From: Guillardia theta CCMP2712
Taxonomy: Eukaryota; Protista; Cryptophyta
Length of the DNA: 64,000 bases
NCBI RefSeq assembly: GCF_000315625.1
Contig: NW_005434643.1
Coordinates: 277,581 to 341,580, forward strand
Reading direction: 5' to 3'
This document shows, in pieces, positions 58,954 through 64,000 of the stretch (position 1 is the stretch's first letter; the number at the start of each line of letters is the position of its first letter). A program made the translations under genes and the position numbers. The notes under the pieces are model-generated. The model was not told the DNA's origin, made no database searches, and worked only from the letters and a program-made list of their open reading frames with translations.

Positions 58954-60364
58954 CTGGACGAAATGATCAGATGAAATTGAAAAGAACTCGTAAGCAGACA
59001 AATGAATGCGTTCAAATATTTGTCAAGACTTCAGAATCAACAAGGAAACAGGATGTTACACATATAGCTCTGCCATGCATACACATTACACCAACAGCTC
59101 TGCGATGAATATGCGGTATATCAAATGCATGGCTCACCTCTGGTTTGAGAAACTTTGCCTCCTCCCCTCTTTTTGTGCCCCCTGTGCTATTTCGGGTGCG
59201 CTCACCCCCACCCTCTGATTTCCTGGGGGTACCCCTACAATACCCCATAAGTACCCCAAAGCTCTGTTGCTCTATTCCTGGCGTCAAGTTATTTTCAGGT
59301 ATTATCCTCGAATATTATTGATAAATTTGAAATCATTGGAAAAATAATCAAATATCTCTAATTTGACAAATTGTACACATACATCGTAACCGTTCACTGA
59401 TACATCATAACGGAATGTAGCTCAGTCATCACCCTCATCCCCACCCTCAAGACCAAGAGAATTTGTTTCTGGAATAGCTTCTGCCTCTTAAATTTGTAAT
59501 TTCAAAATAAATTTTCAAACTGCTGAAATGGTTTAGGAGCTCATTCCTGAACTCATACAGCGCGGTGCTCCCGAAATACTGCTTGGACCGAAAATGGCAG
59601 AAGCATATGCAAGGACGAGAAGTCGCGGGCTCTCTTTACCCTTCCTCTTGCAAACTCCCTCACACTTCATCCCGCTCCTCTCGTATCCAATAGCTATTCC
59701 ATGCTCGGTGTTCTTCGACAACTAGTGCTGCTTGTCCATCGAATACTTCTCCTCCCTCAACCGCAACCATCCAGCACTCTCCTTCCTGTCAACACTGCTG
59801 CACTCTCCCTGTCAACACTACTGCTCTCTCCTCCTTCCTCTTCATCAATCTGCTCACTCATTTTGTCTCTGAACTCTTCCCTCATTAATCCTATGCTATT
59901 GCTTTTGGTTGAAATTTATTCCTTTTCATTGCGAATTCTTGATTTTCTCCTCATTCGGGATATTTCCGGCTCTGACCAAATGCTTCATTGACATTAAATT
60001 TTGTTCCAATGGGCCTGATATTACTTGTTGTTTCGTGGATGAAGAGCGTAGCCACTGTTTTCAAACTAGTGGACGTAGACGTAGATCAAGGTTGGAAGCA
60101 GATTTGAAGTGTCATCACTGAAAGCCGGCCTAACAAGGGTTGAGATAGTGAATCTCACTGGAATATGCTGGTGCAGGTCAGAGGCCAGGGATACAGTTGG
60201 CAATCCTATCCGCGGAGCTCGTCGTATTCAGCGCGCTACCATGAATATGACCTCGCAGTACGAGGTGGAGGCTAGCAGGGGAATCATTCTGTTCATGACT
60301 TGTGTCTCTAGGTCTTGATTGACTCTAGGAGATCGCGCAGTGAAGGCTTGCTGACACGGCAGGG

Positions 60365-61050
60365 ATGGAGAAGCCTCTTGTCAGGTGCTCCGTGTGCGGC
60401 TGCTCGTGTCGCCTCATGTTGCCTGCAGTCGCCGGAGGTTTGGGGCTGCTTCTTGTAGTCTTCTCTCTGCATGCAAAGTCTGCGACATTGAGTGCGGCAA
60501 ACATCAAGAGTTCAGCGAGCAGAGCTGTCGGTTCTAAGATGCAAGTGAAGAAGGTCTCCCTCCAAGAGGGTCAAGCTGCTGAGGTTCTCGAGTTGTCTTC
60601 GCCCATGATGTATGACGCATGTGAGTAGGGGTCCGGCGAGGGTTCGGCTGCTCCTGCTCAAGATGGAGCGGGCGAGGGTGACGGTCAGGGACAACCCTAC
60701 TTTGGGCAGTTTGAGATTCCAGCTGGATTGGAGGATGAGGATGAGGGGGCGCCCTGTGCTCACAAGCTTCCCAACGGTGAAGGTGAGGAGGAGGGGGGCA
60801 GGTTGTGATGCCCTGCTGTAGGGCAGTGTGAACCTCGAGGGAGTCAAGACATCGAGCTCAGCCCTCAGGCGGGCCTCATTCTTGTCTTGTGTGCTTTCAT
60901 CCCAGCTGTTGCGTCGTTGATCTACTGGATCCGTGAGCCCTCAAACGTGAGCAGCAGGGACAGAGGTGGATGCGAGGCGGCTGATTGTGAATTACAGGGT
61001 TTGGAGGGCCTCCTCGAAAACTACAAGTTTCCCGAGGAGTTGTGAAGAGT
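60365..61050 (+). CDS. Hypothetical membrane protein, multi-exon (3' end approximate)
   Basis: Hydrophobic LPAVAGGLGLLLVVFSL; later exons QPYFGQFEIPAGLEDED and AGLILVLCAFIPAVASLIYWI separated by short GT-AG introns. Confidence 0.5.
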
Positions 61051-61111
61051 GTCTGCAGTGCTCTCGTTCTTCTCTTCTTGTAACCTATTCAAATAGTCGA
61101 TCTTCTCATTA

Positions 61112-63214
61112 TTAAATTTGCTTAGAGTTTTGATCCGGGCTGCTGGGAATGAGCTCGACTAAGATTTCGTGTTTGAATTTTCCCCGTTCTGCATCTTCAA
61201 ACGACATGCGCATAGCAAACAACCCGGGAGGCTCTGGAGCGGTGGAACTACTTTCCGCCTTGGGCATGGAGAACTGGCTGAGGTCAATAGCAACGCGAGC
61301 AATATTCTTCAGCCTGCTTTCCGCAATCACAAGATGTGGCAGAGATTCACTGCCATGTACCTGCTCACGATCTCTCCAACTTCCCCTCGCCCTTGCCCTT
61401 GTGTCCCCAAACTTGCAGCCTCCCAGCCCTCTTCCGGATCATACCTCAACGGCTGTGAGCAGACGGCAGGCACAGGACAACGTACCTTGCTTCCAGCAGG
61501 ATCTCGACGCCCCCCCTACCTCCTGTCTGTCCTCCTTCCATCGACTGTCCACCTTGCAAGTTGACAGGCTGTAAGATCATCACTCACTGGAGCAGCAAGG
61601 GTGTGGAGACCGCGAGGCAGATCTTGACGGGCGAGTCCGTGGGGTTACGGAGGACAAGCAGAGCACGGCTAGTAGAGGGATGAACCTCCTCGACCTCAAG
61701 GCTCCAGGCGTGTCAGGAGGTGAGCAAGAGGCTTGACAAGTGAACCTGGGTATGAGCATCGATGCATTGTGATTAACACTGAGAAGAAGGTAAGCAGACA
61801 ACGAGGAACAGCAGAAAAAAATAGTGTTGCTGCTGGTGCGGTAAACATGTGTCCCACCGGAATCTAGCAGAAGAATTGCTCGAGTCGAACTTGCGAAGGA
61901 TGCGTTTGCAAGCAGCACAGCGGCGGAGAGACCTGAGGCTCCAGGGTGAGAGAGCAGGAAGAGAGCAAGAGGTCACGCTACTAGCCTGCAAGCAAGCGGG
62001 CAACGGAGAGGCGTCAGGCTCGCGATATCGTTGTCTGTAAGTCTGCAGAGGAGGCTTCACGCATTCAGCACAGCGAGTTGATCTCTGCCTGCTTGCCGCA
62101 TGCCTCTGAGCGATCGTTGCCCTCCTTGCAGGAACAGCACGTGCACTTTCCAGCTGGATAGATATGTCAAACTTGCTCGCCTTGCTCGCCAGCAGAGCAG
62201 AGGTCCAAATTTACCTGCACCGGATGATTCTCCTCTACCTCCTCCCCATCCTTCCTGGGGGCGTAGACTGTCGGCTGCATCTCCACACTCAGACTTTCCT
62301 GCGGTTGACAGCTCGACAGCTCGTAAACTTTCAAGTACCGGACTTGCTTGCAACGTACTGATGAGCTTGTTGAACTCCTGCAAGTACATAGTCCACAAAG
62401 AGGTACAAGAGGAGGTGCAGGTGCAGGTGCAGCAGTAACAGAAATAAGCAGAACAGGAGTGGCAGGAGGCAGGAGGATTAGGATGATACAGGAATGAAGC
62501 GTCCTGGGACCTGCAAGCAATCGTCGTTTCTCTCCCTCTTGAGACTGTTCAGAACAAGAGCTGAAGGATCTTCCGCGTGCCATCCGCAGTCGACTGACTC
62601 CCACTTGCAGAATGTGCAGGAGAAGAAGGCACGACCTGCAACCAGTGATGCTCAGCGCCGACAAGACCAGGGGGCGAAGACCTGAGGAGGAAGAGACCGT
62701 AGAAGTCTGTAAGAGGGTCTCGCAAAGGGGGCAGATGAAGCACTTGGTGCATCTGCAGAGCAAGAGAATGAGGTGGAGAAACACTGAGAAGTGTTTCACT
62801 TGTGAGAGAAGATCCGAGCCTCTTCCTCCTGCACTACCTCCAGGCAGCTCGGACAGAACAAGAAGTCCACCTCCTGCCATCAACTCCGTCACCTCCCCGT
62901 TCTTCCTCCCCTTGAAAGCCTTCACCTCTTGCACCTCTTGCATACTTTTGAGCGAGAGATTTCCTTCTTGACTTGTGCAGTTCTGCGATGAATTTAACGA
63001 CAAATTGACCTTTGCTTCTTGCTCTGCTTGACCTCCCTAACCCTCAAACCTGTTATCCGCCTCCCTCTCCACAGCTTTCATCCTGGCCGGTGAAGAGAGC
63101 CAGCCACCTCACTGTTCGCTTACTTCCTCTTTCTGCTCTTCTCTTCTTCCCTCCTCCTCCTCCTCCTCCCTACCTGGCATACATACAGTCGCTCAAGCTC
63201 GCGCCTCCCGCCAT
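61112..63214 (-). CDS. DCTN4: Dynactin subunit 4 (p62), multi-exon
   Basis: EVDFLFCPSCLE, RCTKCFICPLCETLL, FFSCTFCKWES, CKRILRK and LVLRNPTDS fit the dynactin p62 zinc-binding pattern; start approximate. Confidence 0.75.
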
Positions 63215-63308
63215 AGCGCACTTCCATCGGATCCGGGCCCTGAAAGCTCCTTTTCTACTGGAGCCCTCATCCCCGCTCATTGCATCAACATCGTCGAGGC
63301 TGGTCGCC

Positions 63309-64000
63309 ATGGCAGGGGCGGCAGAGGCGCTGAAGCGATTTGAGATGGAGAATGGCGTGAGCATGGTGGACGGGGACGGAATCTATCGCTTCGACGCTGC
63401 TGAACAGACCAAGCTGCGCGAGCAGAAGCCTTGGAGCAAAGAGTGAGTGCAGCCGCATGTACAGTGAGAGTTTGCTGGCGGCAGAAGGGGATGAGGTTTT
63501 GTTTACGGGTTGGGGCGATTTCATGCAACATTGTTGTTGTAATCTTGCACTCTTACATGAATTACGAGCAGCGCTACCTACTTCCAAAAAGTGAAGATAT
63601 CTGCGCTTGCTTTGCTGAAAATGGTACGTTGACATCAACTGCTTTTTCTTCATCAACAGCTGCATATGACTCTCCTCAAGGCTATGCATGCTCGCTCCGG
63701 TGGTCAGCTGGAGGTTATGGGAATCTTGCAGGGTATGTAGATGCAGAGGCGCGAAGAGTCTGATGTTAGGGTGATGGCAGGGAAACTAGAAGACAAGACG
63801 TTTGTTGTCATGGACGCCTTCGCGCTGCCCGTGGAAGGAACAGAGACGAGAGTGACGGCGCTGGATGAAGGATACGAGTACATGGTTCACTATCAGACCA
63901 CTTGCGAGCGAACAGGACGAGTAGAGCCGGTGAGAGGAGCAGGGAGCTGAAGCTGATAGAGGGCGAGGAAAGTGTTGAATGCTGATAGAAAGCAACTTAG
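63309..64000 (+). CDS. CSN5: COP9 signalosome subunit 5 (JAB1), 5' part, runs off the window
   Basis: KPWSK, YFQKVKISALALLKM, AMHARSGGQLEVMGILQG, MDAFALPVEGTETRV..EGYEYM. Confidence 0.95.

Overview
Gene-dense, intron-rich eukaryotic nuclear DNA. It has many ~45-100 nt GT-AG introns and some GC-AG introns, and many introns are bloated by GAG/CTC microsatellites. The style suggests a cryptophyte alga (Guillardia/Hanusia-like); that is an inference, not a determination. About 25 protein genes can be supported. Recognisable ones are TFIIIC subunit 5, a phytol/farnesol-kinase-family protein, an anoctamin, GUF1/LepA, an inverted near-identical pair of intronless cytosolic HSP70s sharing an HSE-containing promoter, MCM5, IRE1, an alpha/beta hydrolase, a GT23 (FUT8/NodZ-like) glycosyltransferase, dynactin p62 and CSN5. 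Most notable observations: (1) an apparently single ER-luminal protein fusing p23/CS, PDI-type thioredoxin and FKBP domains, ending in KSEL; (2) three small intronless paralogues with mitochondrial-like presequences and a shared W..Y...V.PGS[WF]A....[KR][RK]R[RK]RF motif; (3) an HVA22/REEP-C2-PDZ multidomain membrane protein; (4) almost strict +/- alternation of genes, with stop codons nearly touching at convergent junctions and long divergent spacers carrying orientation-coupled ACCCCACCC/TACCCC motifs and CCGG-palindrome-rich cores. Exon boundaries were read by eye, so coordinates of multi-exon genes are gene spans and some ends are approximate. I recognised no rRNA, tRNA or CRISPR array.
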